A stretch of DNA of 64,000 nucleotides from Octopus sinensis. Lineage: Eukaryota. How positions within the stretch are numbered: position 1 is the first letter of the stretch; each line of letters opens with the position of its first letter. Made by a program: the position numbers and the translations under genes. The notes beneath the pieces were generated by a model that saw nothing but the letters and a program-made list of their open reading frames with translations, made no database searches and was not told where the DNA came from. Positions 10,891 to 22,745 of the stretch are shown here, one piece after another. The DNA is taken from the NCBI RefSeq assembly GCF_006345805.1, contig NC_043000.1, positions 25,048,001 through 25,112,000 on the forward strand. The letters run 5' to 3'.

Positions 10891-11624
10891 AACTCCCAGA
10901 AGAAATATCTGATAAAATTGATAGAAATATAAACAAAACCATATTTTGAAATAAACCATCTTTTACCAACATTCTTGGCTACACATGGAATTGGCATTTT
11001 AGTTTTATCTGCAAATACTCCTGTCTCCATGAGGCAGATGATGAAGAGACTAAAAGACAAGGAAAGACATGGTGGATCTGTAAATATTTGAATATGGAAA
11101 TGTTTTTAAGACTTTAGGAATTAACTAACATTTATTTGAAGTATGGAAATATTGGAACCACTCCAAGAACTATTCTGTTCTTCCTTCAGTAGAGCTTCTG
11201 TGTGGTTGTACAAGCTACTGTAAATAACAGCCAATTCTCCCTCAAATGACTGTTTTTACTGACTTGGGAAAAGAAAATGTATGTTGGATAATGCAGTAAT
11301 ACAGGAGGGTCGTGGATGGAGAAATTTCTGATCATGGCTCTACTGGATCAGAGTCACCAACACCACCACTGCCATCGCCGCCGCCACTACCACCAACACC
11401 ACTACCACCACTGTCACCAACAACAAGAACAGCAACAACAACAACACCAACAGCCACAACAATAGCTGCAACATCAACAACTATAACATGAACAACAACA
11501 CTACTTCCCCCACCACTGCACTTCTCCATTGTCGTTGCATTAACAATAAAAACAAATAAAAATATTTTGATACTTTTTTTTGCTTGTTGCATCCTGATCT
11601 TTTTTATCAATTTCTGTTCAATCA

Positions 11625-12720
11625 TCATTATCATCATCATCATCATCATTTAACGTCCACTTTCCATGCTAGCATGGGTTGGACGAATGACTGAGAGCTG
11701 GCGAACCAGATGGTTGCACTAGGCTTCAATCTCGATCTGGCAGAGTTTCTACAGCTGGATGCCCTTCATAACGCCAACCACTCCGAGAGTATTTTGGGAG
11801 CTTTTATGTGCCAGTCAGGCGGTACTGGCAACGACCTCGCTCGAATCTTTTACACATGCCACCGGCACAGGTGCCAGTAAGGTGATGCTGGTAACGATCA
11901 CGCTCAAATGGTGTCTTTTAGATGCCACCAGCACAGAAGCCAGATAGCCACTCTGGCAACGATCACGCTTGGATGGTGCTCTTAATACCCTACTAGCACG
12001 GGGCTCGAGTGCCAGTAAGGCGACGCTAGTAACAATCACGCTCGAATGGTGCCTTTTAAGTTCCACTGGCACAGAAGCCGGTTAGCCGCTCTATCAATGA
12101 TCACACTCATATGGTGCTCTTTGCACCCTGCTAGCACTGATGCCAGTCATCGAATTTGATTTTGATTTTGATTTCGATTTCACTTGCCTCAACAGGTCTT
12201 CACAAGCAGAGTTTAGTGTCCAAAGAAGGAAAAGGTACGCATAAGTGGGTTGGTAACGCCCCTGGCATAGGCCACGAGATTATGGTCTCATTTGGCTTGC
12301 CGGGTCTTTTCACACACAGCATATTTCCAAAAGTCTTGGTCACTAGTCATTTCCTTAGAGAGGCCCAAAATTCGAAGGGTGTGCTTCACCACTCCATCCC
12401 AGGTCTTCCTGGGTCTACCTCTTCCACAGGTTCCCTCAACCGCTAGGGTGTGGCACTTTTTCAAACAGCTATCCTCATCTATTCTTGCCACATGACCATA
12501 CCAGCGCAGTCGTCTCTCTTACACACCGCATCTGATGCTTCTTAGGTCCAACATTTCTCTCAAGGTACTTACACTCTTTGAGTATGCACACTGGCATTAC
12601 ACATCCATCAGAGCATATTGGCTTCATTGCTTGTGAGCTTACGCATGTCCTTAGCAGTCACAGCCCATGTTTCTCTGCCATGTAGCATGGCTGTTCGTAC
12701 ACATGCGTCATACAGTCTAC
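11625..12720 (-). mobile_element. RTE LINE 3' portion (ORF end plus 3' UTR)
   Basis: Minus strand reads LHGRETWAV..CLKKCHTL.VEGTCGRGRPRKTWDGVVKHTLRILGLSKEMTSDQDFWKYAVCEKTRQAK*, followed by the UTR and (ATG)n tail. Confidence 0.9.
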
Positions 12721-12855
12721 CTACAACAACAATAGCTGCTAACAACCCCATACAATTAATTAATCATGATTATTGCAATTTTTATTAAATGAATCTCTAG
12801 AATGAAGTATGGTCATTTTTAAATTCCTTGTTTAGGATTAATTACATGATATATA

Positions 12856-14103
12856 TTGGGTCATCCCATAGATAATGCAATTTTTCAATTTGCATGAACT
12901 AAAAATCGGAAGGGGACGGAATAATCTACCTGCATCAACTTGCTATAAAAGCAGGTAGTAATTTTACCTTGTACTTATTCTTAGTGCAAGTTTTGAAGAG
13001 TGCAGTTTGATTTTAACCGTTATTTTTTCAAAGCTATAATGGAAGTGACAAAGGAGCATATTTGGCATATTTTGTTTTATGAGTTCAATAAAGGCAATAA
13101 CACATCAGAAAGTGTGAGGAATATTAATGCAGTATATGGTGATTGGACAATAAGCATAAGCCAGTGTTAATGGTGGTTCCAGAAATTCTGGTCCAGAAGC
13201 TACAGTCTAGAAGATGAGCTTTATCCTGGAAGATCTGTAGAACTCGATGAGGACATCCTGTAAACCATGGTGGAACAAAATTCCATTGTAACTGATGAAG
13301 AAGTAGCAGAAAAGCTTGGATTTGGTCATTCTGATTTGGCCATCAGAAAAGTCAGCAAATTGGGTCAATGGGTTTTTCCCAAACTTTCAGAGTCTAATCA
13401 CATGCAGAAAGTGAATGTGTGCTCTCTTCTTTGATGTCATGTCACACGAATGAACCTTTTTTGGACCGAATAGTGACTGGTGACAAGAAATAGATTCTCT
13501 ATTAAAATGTCAAGCCCCGAAGACAGTGGGTAGGGAAAGGAGAGACATTGGCATGCCAGGCTAAAGAAGGTCTTCACCCACGTAAGGTGTTGTTATCTGT
13601 TTGGTGGGATATGAAAGGTTTAGTCCACTTTGAACTTTTAAACCCAAACCAAATGATAACAAAGGAGATCTGTGAGCATCTGTTAGCACTAGAAGAAAAA
13701 GGACCATCTTTGGTTTCAAGACGAAAGGTGTTCTTCCATCAGGAAAATGCACAACCAAACACAGCGAGGATGACATTCCAAAGGCTGGAGCATTTTGAAT
13801 GGGAAGCAATGCCATATCCCACCATATTCGCTGGACATTGCCCCATCTGATTATCATTTATTCCACAGTCTTCAAAATCATTTGGCCGGAAAAAATATGT
13901 ATTCGCTAGACGAAATCAGAATAGTATGAGAGGAGTATTACGGATAAATGAATTTTGGAAGAGGGGCCTTGCAAGTCTACCAGATAGTTGGAAGAGCATT
14001 GAAGAAAATGAAAGAGAGTATATTTTAGATTAAAAAAGACCTTATCTAAATTTTGAAAAATAAAAGAAGTATAAAAAAAAACATTATTTATGGGATGACC
14101 CAA
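12856..14103 (+). mobile_element. Full-length (~1.25 kb) mariner (DD34D) transposon, transposase disrupted
   Basis: TIRs ttgggtcatcccatagataatg / cattatttatgggatgacccaa match at 21 of 22 positions, with TA on both sides. From the ATG at ~13039: MEVTKEHIWHILFYEF, RIVTGDKK*ILY, KVLLSVWWDMKG, FHQENAQP, PYSLDIAPSDYHLFHSL, with several stops and frameshifts. Confidence 0.95.
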
Positions 14104-14118
14104 TATATATATATATAT

Positions 14119-14286
14119 CGGTAGCCACTACACGCATTTCTTTTCTCTCCTTGTTTCTTTCTGTGGAAGAGCATAGGCTCGAAACGTAAAAGACTCTTTT
14201 AAGTCCTGAGCGTTATACTAATACATCTGTTTGTTTTCTACACCACCTGTCTTCGTCTTTTGTTTTTTTTTGTGAATTCTCCCCCT
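14119..14286 (+). mobile_element. Short PLE-like 3' terminal fragment inserted in (TA)n
   Basis: Flanked by TA runs and contains a minimal hammerhead motif of the PLE type. Confidence 0.55.
14156..14193 (+). ncRNA. Minimal type-I hammerhead ribozyme motif (A6U core variant)
   Basis: UCUUU-CUGuGGA-A-GAGC(AUAG)GCUC-GAAACGUA-AAAGA gives a 5-bp stem I, a 4-bp stem II, a palindromic ACGU stem III and a GUA cleavage triplet. Confidence 0.65.
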
Positions 14287-14307
14287 ATATGTGTATATAT
14301 ATATATA

Positions 14308-16365
14308 TCATCATCATCATCATCATCATTATCGTTTAACGTCCGTTTTCCGCGCTAGCACAGGTTGGACGGTTCGACCGGGGTCTGGGAAGCCAGGGGC
14401 TGCTCCAGGCTCCAGTCTGATCTGGCAGAGTTTCTACGGCTGGATGCCCTTCCTAACGCCAACCACTCCGCGAGTGTAGTGGGTGCTTTTTACGTGCCAC
14501 CTGCACAGGTGCCAGGGTGGGGTGCGGCATCGGTCACGATCGGTTGGAGCTTTTAACGTGCCAGTGGAACGGAAGCCAGCCAAGGCGGCGCTGGCAACGT
14601 TTGGATGGTCTTTTTATGTGCCACCGGCACAGGAGCCAGTCGGGGTGGCGCTGGCATCAGCCACGTTCGGATGGTGCTTTTTATGTGCCACCGGTACAGA
14701 AGCCAGTCGGGGCGGCACTGGCATCGGCCATGTTCGGATAGTGCTTTTTATGTGCCACCGGCACAGGCATCACAACTACTATTTCCATTGATATTTATTT
14801 CGACGTTCATGTTCATGTTCATGTACTTGATTCAACAGGTCTCCTCAAGCACAGTGGGACGTTCTGGGATCCGGGGTACTTTGAATGGGCAGGGGCTATG
14901 CGGAACTGATGCAGGAAGCAGCCTGGGTCTTTGCAGTCACAGCATACCTCCAGAGATCTCGGTCTTTCGCCATTGCCTCAGTGAGGCCCAACGCTCTGAG
15001 GTCATGCTTGACTACCTCATCCCATGTCTCTCTGGGTCTACCTCTCCCCCTGATACCTTCAACTGTTTGGGAGTGGCACTTCTTCACACATCTCTCCTCA
15101 TCCATCCGTAGCACATGACCATACCATCTGATGCTTCTTATATCCAGCATTTCTCTCAGGGTGCTTACACTCTGTCGTGCGTGCACACTGACATTACACA
15201 TCCAGCGGATCATGCTAGCTTCATTTCTTTCAAGTCTACGCATGTCCTCTGCAGTCACAGCCCATGTTTCACTCCATGTTTCACTCCATGTTTCACTACC
15301 GTGAAGCATGGCAGTTCGCACACATGCATCATACAATCTACCTTTCACTCTGACGGAGAGACCCTTTGTCGCCAGTAGGGGTAGGAGCTTTCTGAACTTT
15401 GCCCAGGCTATTCGTATTCTAGTGGTGATACTCTCTGTGCATCCACCTCCACTACTAACTTGGTCACCCAGATAGCAGAAACTATCAACTACTTCTAGTT
15501 TCTCTCCCTGGAGTGTGATGGAATCTGTTTTCTGAGTGTCTGTGGTGTCTATTGTCCCTGTGCATCTGCTGCACATGAAAGCTATCTTATCTGTTAATTT
15601 CCCTTTAATGTTGCTGCACCTCTTGTGCATCCATAGCTTACATTGGGTGCATCTTATGGAGTTTCTACTTACACCTTTCCTACAGATCGCGCAAGGCCAC
15701 CTGCCCGAGGGTGTGTGTGCTGAGTTCGCCTTTCTGCTTACTATAACTTTGGTCTTTGTTACATTTACTCTAAGGCCCTTTGATTCTAAACCTTGCTTCC
15801 ACACCCGAAATTTCTTTTCTAGTTCCGGTAGTGATTCTGCTATGAGAGCCAGGTCATCAGCATAGAGGAGCTCCCAGGGGCATCCTGTTTTGAATTCCTC
15901 TGTTATTGCCTGGAGGACTATGATGAATAAAAGGGGACTGAGGGCTGAGCCTTGGTGCACACCTACTTCTACTTGGAATTCTTCACTATATTCATTGCCA
16001 ATCCTAACCTTGCTGACAGCCTCTCTGTATAGAGCCTGTACAGCCCTTATTAGCCATTCGTCAATCTCCAGTTTCCGCATCGACCACCAGATAAGGGAAC
16101 GGGGAACCCTGTCAAAGGCTTTCTCCAAGTCCACAAAAGCTATGTAGAGGGGTTTATCTTTAGCTAGGTACTTCTCCTGCAGTTGTCGGACCAGGAATAT
16201 AGCATCAGTGGTGCTTCTACCCGGCACAAAACCGAACTGCATCTCATCTAAGCAAACTCTCTCCCTAATGAGATGGGTTATGACCCTCTCTGTGACCTTC
16301 ATCACCTGATCCAACAGTTTGATATCCCTGTAGTTATTTCTATCTAGAGCATCACCCTTACCCTT
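14308..16365 (-). mobile_element. RTE-clade LINE, 5'-truncated (~2.05 kb), young
   Basis: The RT ORF is contiguous with a ~590-bp 3' UTR containing stem-loop subrepeats and an (ATG)n tail. Both ends abut (TA)n. Confidence 0.95.
14896..16314 (-). CDS. RTE reverse transcriptase, partial (472 aa), with inserted PHD-type C4HC3 finger
   Basis: QFGFVPGRSTTDAIF, FVDLEKAFDRVPR, GVHQGSALSPLLF, LLYADDL, YLG..WAKF, LHGSETW and GRGRPRETW are all present with no stops; the native 5' end is missing. Confidence 0.9.
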   Translation of the reverse strand: MDQVMKVTERVITHLIRERVCLDEMQFGFVPGRSTTDAIFLVRQLQEKYLAKDKPLYIAFVDLEKAFDRVPRSLIWWSMRKLEIDEWLIRAVQALYREAVSKVRIGNEYSEEFQVEVGVHQGSALSPLLFIIVLQAITEEFKTGCPWELLYADDLALIAESLPELEKKFRVWKQGLESKGLRVNVTKTKVIVSRKANSAHTPSGRWPCAICRKGVSRNSIRCTQCKLWMHKRCSNIKGKLTDKIAFMCSRCTGTIDTTDTQKTDSITLQGEKLEVVDSFCYLGDQVSSGGGCTESITTRIRIAWAKFRKLLPLLATKGLSVRVKGRLYDACVRTAMLHGSETWSETWSETWAVTAEDMRRLERNEASMIRWMCNVSVHARQSVSTLREMLDIRSIRWYGHVLRMDEERCVKKCHSQTVEGIRGRGRPRETWDEVVKHDLRALGLTEAMAKDRDLWRYAVTAKTQAASCISSA

Positions 16366-16396
16366 ATATATATATATATATATATATTGTGAAAAT

Positions 16397-16710
16397 GCAT
16401 GGGTTAGTGGTTAGGGTTTTCTGCTTGTAAGGTCATGTGTTCAATTCCCAGGGGTGTGGTGTGTCCTTGAGCAAGACTCTTTATTTCACATTGCTCTAAC
16501 CCACTCACCTGTCAACAATGAGTTGTACCTGTATGTGAAAGGACCAACCTTGTCACATTCTGTGTCACGCTGAATCTCCCCGATAACTATGTTAAGGGTA
16601 CGCATGTCTATGGTGTACTCAGCCACTTGCATGCTAATTTCACGAGCAAGATGTTCCATTGATTGGATCAGCTGGAACCCTCATCATTATAAATGATGGA
16701 CTGCCAGAAG
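16397..16710 (+). mobile_element. tRNA-SINE: head D joined to tail C
   Basis: Head and core match 9980; the tail (ccttgtcacattctgtgtcacgctgaatctcc...ggatcagctggaaccc) matches 18406-18600. Confidence 0.8.
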
Positions 16711-16734
16711 CAAACCCTTCTGGCATACTCTCTT

Positions 16735-17176
16735 TCACTCTCTTTTACTTGTTTTAGTCATTTGCCTGTGGCCATGCTGGAGCACCGCCTTTAGTTGAGC
16801 AAATCAACCCCAGGACTTATTCTTTGTAAGCCTAGTACTTATTCTAGCAGTCTCTTTTGCCAAACCACTAAGTTACAGGGACGTAAACACACCAGTATTG
16901 GTTGTCAAGCGATGTTGTGGGGACAAACACAGACACACACACATACACACACACACATACACATACATATACATATATATACATATATATATATACACAC
17001 ATATATATACATATATACGATGGGCTTCTCTCAGTTTACATCTACCAAATCTACTTACAAGGCTTTGGTCAGCCCAAGGCCATAGTAGAAGACACTTGCA
17101 CAATGTGCCATGCAGTGGGACTGAACTCGGAACCATGTGGTTGGTAAGCAAGCTACTTACCACACAGCCACTCCTG
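16735..17176 (-). mobile_element. SINE family A, full length
   Basis: Reverse complement of the 2093-2585 consensus. Confidence 0.9.
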
Positions 17177-17769
17177 AAGAGAAACAGCATCAAAAACGGA
17201 AGCCATTTTAGTGTAACTAAAGTTTGTAGGGAAACTGGATTCGTTAAATATTCTGTACTACCAGACAGTTTTTAGGTAGAAAAGAAAAAAAGTAATAATT
17301 GGTATTTTAGTATCTGGGGAGGATGTGGCATGATGGGGGTCATGCAGATTCTTGTAGAGGATGTACATCATTATTCATATTTAGAAGGAGGAAGAGAGAA
17401 AGAGAAAAGAAAAATATGATAAGTAGAAGCTGCAAAGAGATAGATAATGGTGATGCGATGCCCAGGTGACCCCCACTCCCTCACCATAAGGTACGAAGTG
17501 AGAAAACGTGGGTGGGTAGCTTGTAAGTTTGTATGGAGGACAGAAGGTGAGAAGATGGCGAGGCAATCTGCAGCAGTCAAAAATTGGATAGGGTCGAAGA
17601 GTTGATGAGAGATGAGTCATGAGTTGGGAAGACAGAGGGATGCAGAAGAGAGCAGGGTAATGGGCAAGAGGCAGGACCTAATGATGATGCTTTTGACAAG
17701 GGAAGGACAAGAGAGAGAGAGATGATCTAGTTGGGTAGTCTACTGGAGCATAATTCAGTCTCACTGAAA

Positions 17770-19065
17770 AGGGCAGCGCTTTTTGAGAACCTTATATTGC
17801 AGACATCCTGTTCGATTGTCATCTCCATGAGACCCAGGGTCCAGAAGTCAGCCTTAATCACTTCCTCTTATTTCTGCTTGGCTCTCCCTCTTCAATAAAT
17901 TTCAACCACATTAAATGATCGACACTTCTTTATACAGCTGTCCTCAACCATTCACACCACATATCTTCACCAAACGCATTCTTCTTGCTTGCACACATCT
18001 GATTCCTCTTCTGTCCAGTTTTTCACTTAGCACCTTTGTAGTATGTCTTTTATTCACATTCACATCACACATCCAGTAGAGCATTCACACTTCATTTCTT
18101 TCCAGTCTTCTCAAGTCCTCTGCATTGAAGGACCATATCTCACTACCATGCAGCATTACAGTTCTAACATAAGTGTTATACAAACTGCCCTTCACTCTAA
18201 GAGAAAAGGTTTTGGTGGTCAGCAGTGATAGTAGTTCCCTGAACTATATCCAACCAGTTCTTACTTTGGCTGCTATATTTTCAAAGCAATCACCTCCCTT
18301 ACTAATTACATCTCCTTGAGAACAAAAACTATCAACTATTTTTAGGGAGTCTTCTGGGTATTTAAGAGAAGCTCTTTCCTGTGTGTTCCTATATCCTACT
18401 CCAGTCGTTGTGGCACCCCTTCGGTTACGATGACAAGGGTTCCAGTTGATCCAATCAACGGAGCAGCCTGCTCATGAAATTAACATGCAAGTGGCTGAGC
18501 ATTTCACAGAGACGTGCACCCTTAACGTATCTTCTGAGAGATTCAGCATGACACAGAGTGTGACAAGGCTGGGCCTTTGAAATACAGGTACAACAAAAAC
18601 AGGAAGAAAGAGTGAGAGAAAGTTGTGGTGAAAGAGTACAGCAGGGTTTGCCACCACCCCAGAGCCTCGTAGAGCTTTGGGTGTTTTCATTCAATAAATA
18701 CTCACAACACTCAGTCTGGGAATTGAAACTGCAATCCTACGACCATAAGTCTGCTGCTCTAACCACTGGGCCATTGCGCCTCCACCCTACTCCAGTGCAT
18801 CTGTCACATATGGAGCTTATATTCTTCGATACTTTGTTTCTGATTCCGCTGCATCTCTTGTGTCCATAGCTTATATTGAGGGTTGCATACAAAGTTTATA
18901 TCTACTCCTTTTCTGCATATCCATCAAGTCCAGTTCCCCGAGGGGCTAGGGCCCTGTCTTATTTCCTACTTACTAAAATTCTTTATCTTTGCTTGGTTTG
19001 CCTTAAAGCCCCCTCAATTCTAGGTTAAGCTTCCCTGCCTGGAATTCTTCCTCTAATTCCGGACA
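17770..19065 (-). mobile_element. Older RTE LINE fragment interrupted by a SINE
   Basis: Minus strand reads WICRKGVD..YKLWTQ (PHD-like part), then VDSFCSQGDVISKGGDC..RELLSLLTTK.FSLRVKG.LYNTYVRTVMLHGSEIW..DLRRLERNE. Confidence 0.8.
18406..18785 (-). mobile_element. tRNA-SINE family C with 11-bp target-site duplication
   Basis: TSD cctactccagt at 18395-18405 and 18786-18796; the head reads ggcgcaatggcccagtggttagagc...ggattgcagtttcaattccc. Confidence 0.9.
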
Positions 19066-19149
19066 TAAACAAAACTAACACCAATTGGCAGTGGTGGTGG
19101 AGGACAAGCACACACACACACAAAAACACACAAATACACACACATACAC

Positions 19150-19442
19150 ATACATGATGGTGATAATGTGTTGATGATGGTAGGGGTGGAGAAGGTGATG
19201 AGGATAATGAAGATGATGACGATGGTGGTGGTGGTGGTGGTGGTGGTGGTGGTGATAATGATGATGATGACAGAGGTGATGATGATAAGAATGATGACTA
19301 CAATAATAACAATTTGATAACATGAACAATGATGACCCCAACGACCAAGATGATAATGTCGAAGAAGGGGGCAAAGACGATGGCAGTTATGATGATGATG
19401 ATGAGGATGATGAGGATAATGATGATGAGGACGATGAGGATA

Positions 19443-19474
<32 letters not shown>

Positions 19475-19620
19475 GGTGGTGATGCTGCTACTGCTGATGA
19501 TGATGATAGTGGTGGTGGAGGTGACAGTGATGATGCCGATGATGATGATGATGATGATGACGATGACAATGTTGATGGTACTGGTGGTGGTGGTGGTGGT
19601 GATGAAGTTGATGGCAGTGA
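19150..19620. repeat. Degenerate (GAT)n/(GGT)n trinucleotide low-complexity tract
   Basis: Direct reading. Confidence 0.9.
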
Positions 19621-19979
19621 TGTAATGTGGGTCTTGATAAGAATCAGGTCTGATGAAAAGCCAGGTCAAAGCAATAACCTTCACGCTTGAGATGACATCC
19701 ACACAAGATATCAGTCATCTGTTTCGGGTTCACTGACCAAACTATACAGCTTTCAATTTAACAGATAAACCAATGACCTGTTATTATGTCTATTACTTCC
19801 ACTGGCCATCTCAGAGTCATTTATTAGAGCTAAATGGTTCTACATACAGGCAGTAGAATCTCTGGAAAAGAAAGAGAGAGAGAGAGAGAGAATTTGAAAA
19901 TTGTGATATATAGGTTATCTCCACTTGTACTTAAAAACTGAATCGCTTCAGAAACCTGTCAGTAATTCTTCTTGATGTT

Positions 19980-20459
19980 TCACATCATCATCATCATCAT
20001 CATTGTCTTCAGCTTCCTTATTGTCTTTGTCATCATCACCATCATCGTCGTCATCACCATCATCACCACAATCATCACCATCATCATCATCATCCTCATA
20101 ATCATCATCATAATCCTCCTCATCATCATCATAATCATCACCACAATCATCACCATCATCATTGTCATCATCATCATCATCATCATCACCACCACAATCA
20201 TCATCGTTGTCAGCGTCATCATCCACATCATCATCACCATCATCATTATCACCACCACCATAATCATCACCACAATTATCATCATCACCACCACAATCAT
20301 CATCATCATCGCCATCATCATCTTCATCATCACCACAATCATCATCATCATCATCACCACCACAATCATCATCGTTGTCATCACCACCACAATCATCACA
20401 ATTATCATCATCATCATCATCGTCATCATCATTATCACCACAATCATCATGATAATCAT

Positions 20460-20492
<33 letters not shown>

Positions 20493-20575
20493 CCTCTTCC
20501 CCTTCCTTCTCATCAACATCATTGTTGTCATCATTGCCATTTTCTTGATCCCCATTGTCATCATTGCATTAACAT
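19980..20575. repeat. Degenerate (ATC)n/(ACC)n tract
   Basis: Direct reading. Confidence 0.9.
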
Positions 20576-20852
20576 TCAGTTCCTTGTGATTATTGCAGGG
20601 GTAAAATCAAACCTCTCAAAATGCAGACTTTCTTTAATGGCTGGATGCCCTTCCCACCACCAACCTTCACCTGTTTCCAAGCAAGGAAAAATATTTCTCC
20701 ATTGCCAGACATGCTTCTCATGGAGTATTGCAAACAAACAACACTGCTTATACGACACTGATGCTTGTTTACAATTAACAATGTCCAAACAAAGGGACAC
20801 AACAACACACATACACATATACACTCACATATGAACACACACACACACACAA

Positions 20853-20894
<42 letters not shown>

Positions 20895-20897
<3 letters not shown>

Positions 20898-21205
20898 TTT
20901 CTTTTACTCTTTTAATTGTTTTAGTCATTTTGACTGCAGCCATGCTGGAGCACCGCCTTTAGTCGAGCAAATCAACCCAGGACTTATTCTTTGTAAGCCT
21001 AGTTCTTATTCTATCGGTCTTTTTTGCTAAACCACTAAGTTATGGGGATGCAAACACATCAGCATTGGTTGTCAAGCGATGTTGGGGGCTACAAACACAG
21101 ACACACAAGCATATACATACATATATATATACATACACACACACACATATATGTATGATGGGCTTCTTTCAGTTTCCATCTACCAAATCCACTCACAAGG
21201 CTTTG
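20895..21205 (-). mobile_element. SINE family A, 5'-truncated
   Basis: Reverse complement of the family A body and tail. Confidence 0.85.
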
Positions 21206-21622
21206 AAAGCAAATAAGTAACAAGGGTGTCTAGGTATCGATGCATTACAGCCGTTTCAAGCAGCTCCATTTAATTGATCAATGATAACATGACATCAATT
21301 TGAAAGAAACCACTCTCCTCAGACATAGACCACCCTATAGATTTCAAATATAAAAGATAAACCATTTTTTAGCACAATTTACATCAGTACTTGAAACCAA
21401 ACCACATTGTTTCTGTTTGCTAAGTTTGTGGTAGAAGAATTTAGGGAAAAATTTATCTCTATAGAAACAATTGCAGCACAGGGAGGTGGGGTGTTTATAA
21501 GCCATTTAAAAACACACAAAAACTGTTAGATTTACTTTAACATTTAAATTTAATTTGTCTAAATAGTTTCATTGCTTTGAGGCCATGACCTGTTCACTGC
21601 CAAAATTCCATGCTGCATCTCA

Positions 21623-22235
21623 GTGAAAAACCCTCACGAACAAGGCATGCTTTGGTTTTTCTCTGACAGAAAAAACTTTGACCAGGTTCAAAAGTCTAAC
21701 AGAAGAAATGACGGATGGTTATGTGCAGATCCTTCTGAAGTACCCAGAGTGATGCACACGAAATTTCCAACAACTGTGATGGTTTTAGGAGTGGTGAACA
21801 GCAAAGGTTACATGATGCCTTCTTGCTTTTTTCCACAGGGTCTTAGAATTAATGCTGCTGGATACATTGAGGTACTGGGAACTTATCAAGCCCTGGATTG
21901 ATGAAGTATACAATGGAAGGCCATAGGTGTTTCAACAAGACTCAGCACCTTCTCACAAAGCCCCAGTCACCCAAGAATGGTTGTCAGACAATCTTTATGA
22001 TTATGTAACACACAATATGTGGCCTCCAAACTCACCAGATTTGAACCCTATGGACTTGTGGAACACTGTTGAATGGGAGACTAATTGTCATCCTCATAAT
22101 ACTATAGCTTCACTGAAGGCCACCATTGTCCAGGTGATGTCCAAAATGAATGAGGACCATATAGTGTCAGCATGCCAGCGGTTTCAGTCCTGCATTGAAG
22201 CAGTCATCAAAGCCGAAGGGGGTTTCATAGAATAA
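21623..22235 (+). pseudogene. IS630-Tc1-mariner transposase catalytic domain, DD37D (maT-like), frameshifted
   Basis: WFFSD, NRRNDGWL, TKFPTTVMVLGVV, QQDSAPSHKA and WPPNSPDLNPMD are present; I count 37 residues between the QQD Asp and the PMD Asp. Confidence 0.85.
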
Positions 22236-22249
22236 TTTGCTTAAGAAAT

Positions 22250-22745
22250 CATTATTATCATCATCATCATCGTTTAACATCTGCTTTCCATGCTAGCATG
22301 GGTTGGATGATTTGACTGAGGACTGGCCAACCAGGAGGCTGCACCAGGCTCCAGTCTTATCTGGAAGTGTTTCTACAGCTGGATGCCCTTCCTAACACCA
22401 ACCACTCTGTGAGTGTAGTGGGTGCTTTTTACGTGCTGCCGGCACAGTTGCCAGGGGAGGCTGGCAGCAGCCACGATCGGTTGGTACTTTTTATGTGCTA
22501 CCGGTACAGAAACTGGTCAAGGTGATGCTGGCATCAGTCACATTCAGATGGTACTTTTTCCATGCCACTAGCACTGGTATCACAACTACAATTTCCATTT
22601 GATATTTATTTTGATGTTGATGTATTTGACTCAATAGATCTCCTCAAGCACAGCAGGTCACCCTACGATCCAAGGTAAGCATAGCAGGTCGTTCTGCAAT
22701 CCAAGGTACTTTGGATGGGCTGGGACTATGGGAAACTGGTGCAGG
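22250..22745 (-). mobile_element. RTE 3' UTR fragment
   Basis: Same family as 14308-14895. Confidence 0.85.

Noticed and set aside
17300-17720. Purine-rich stretch possibly from an old L2/CR1 element (also 5230-5470 and 7240-7450)
   Set aside because: No motif could be read convincingly; left unannotated.
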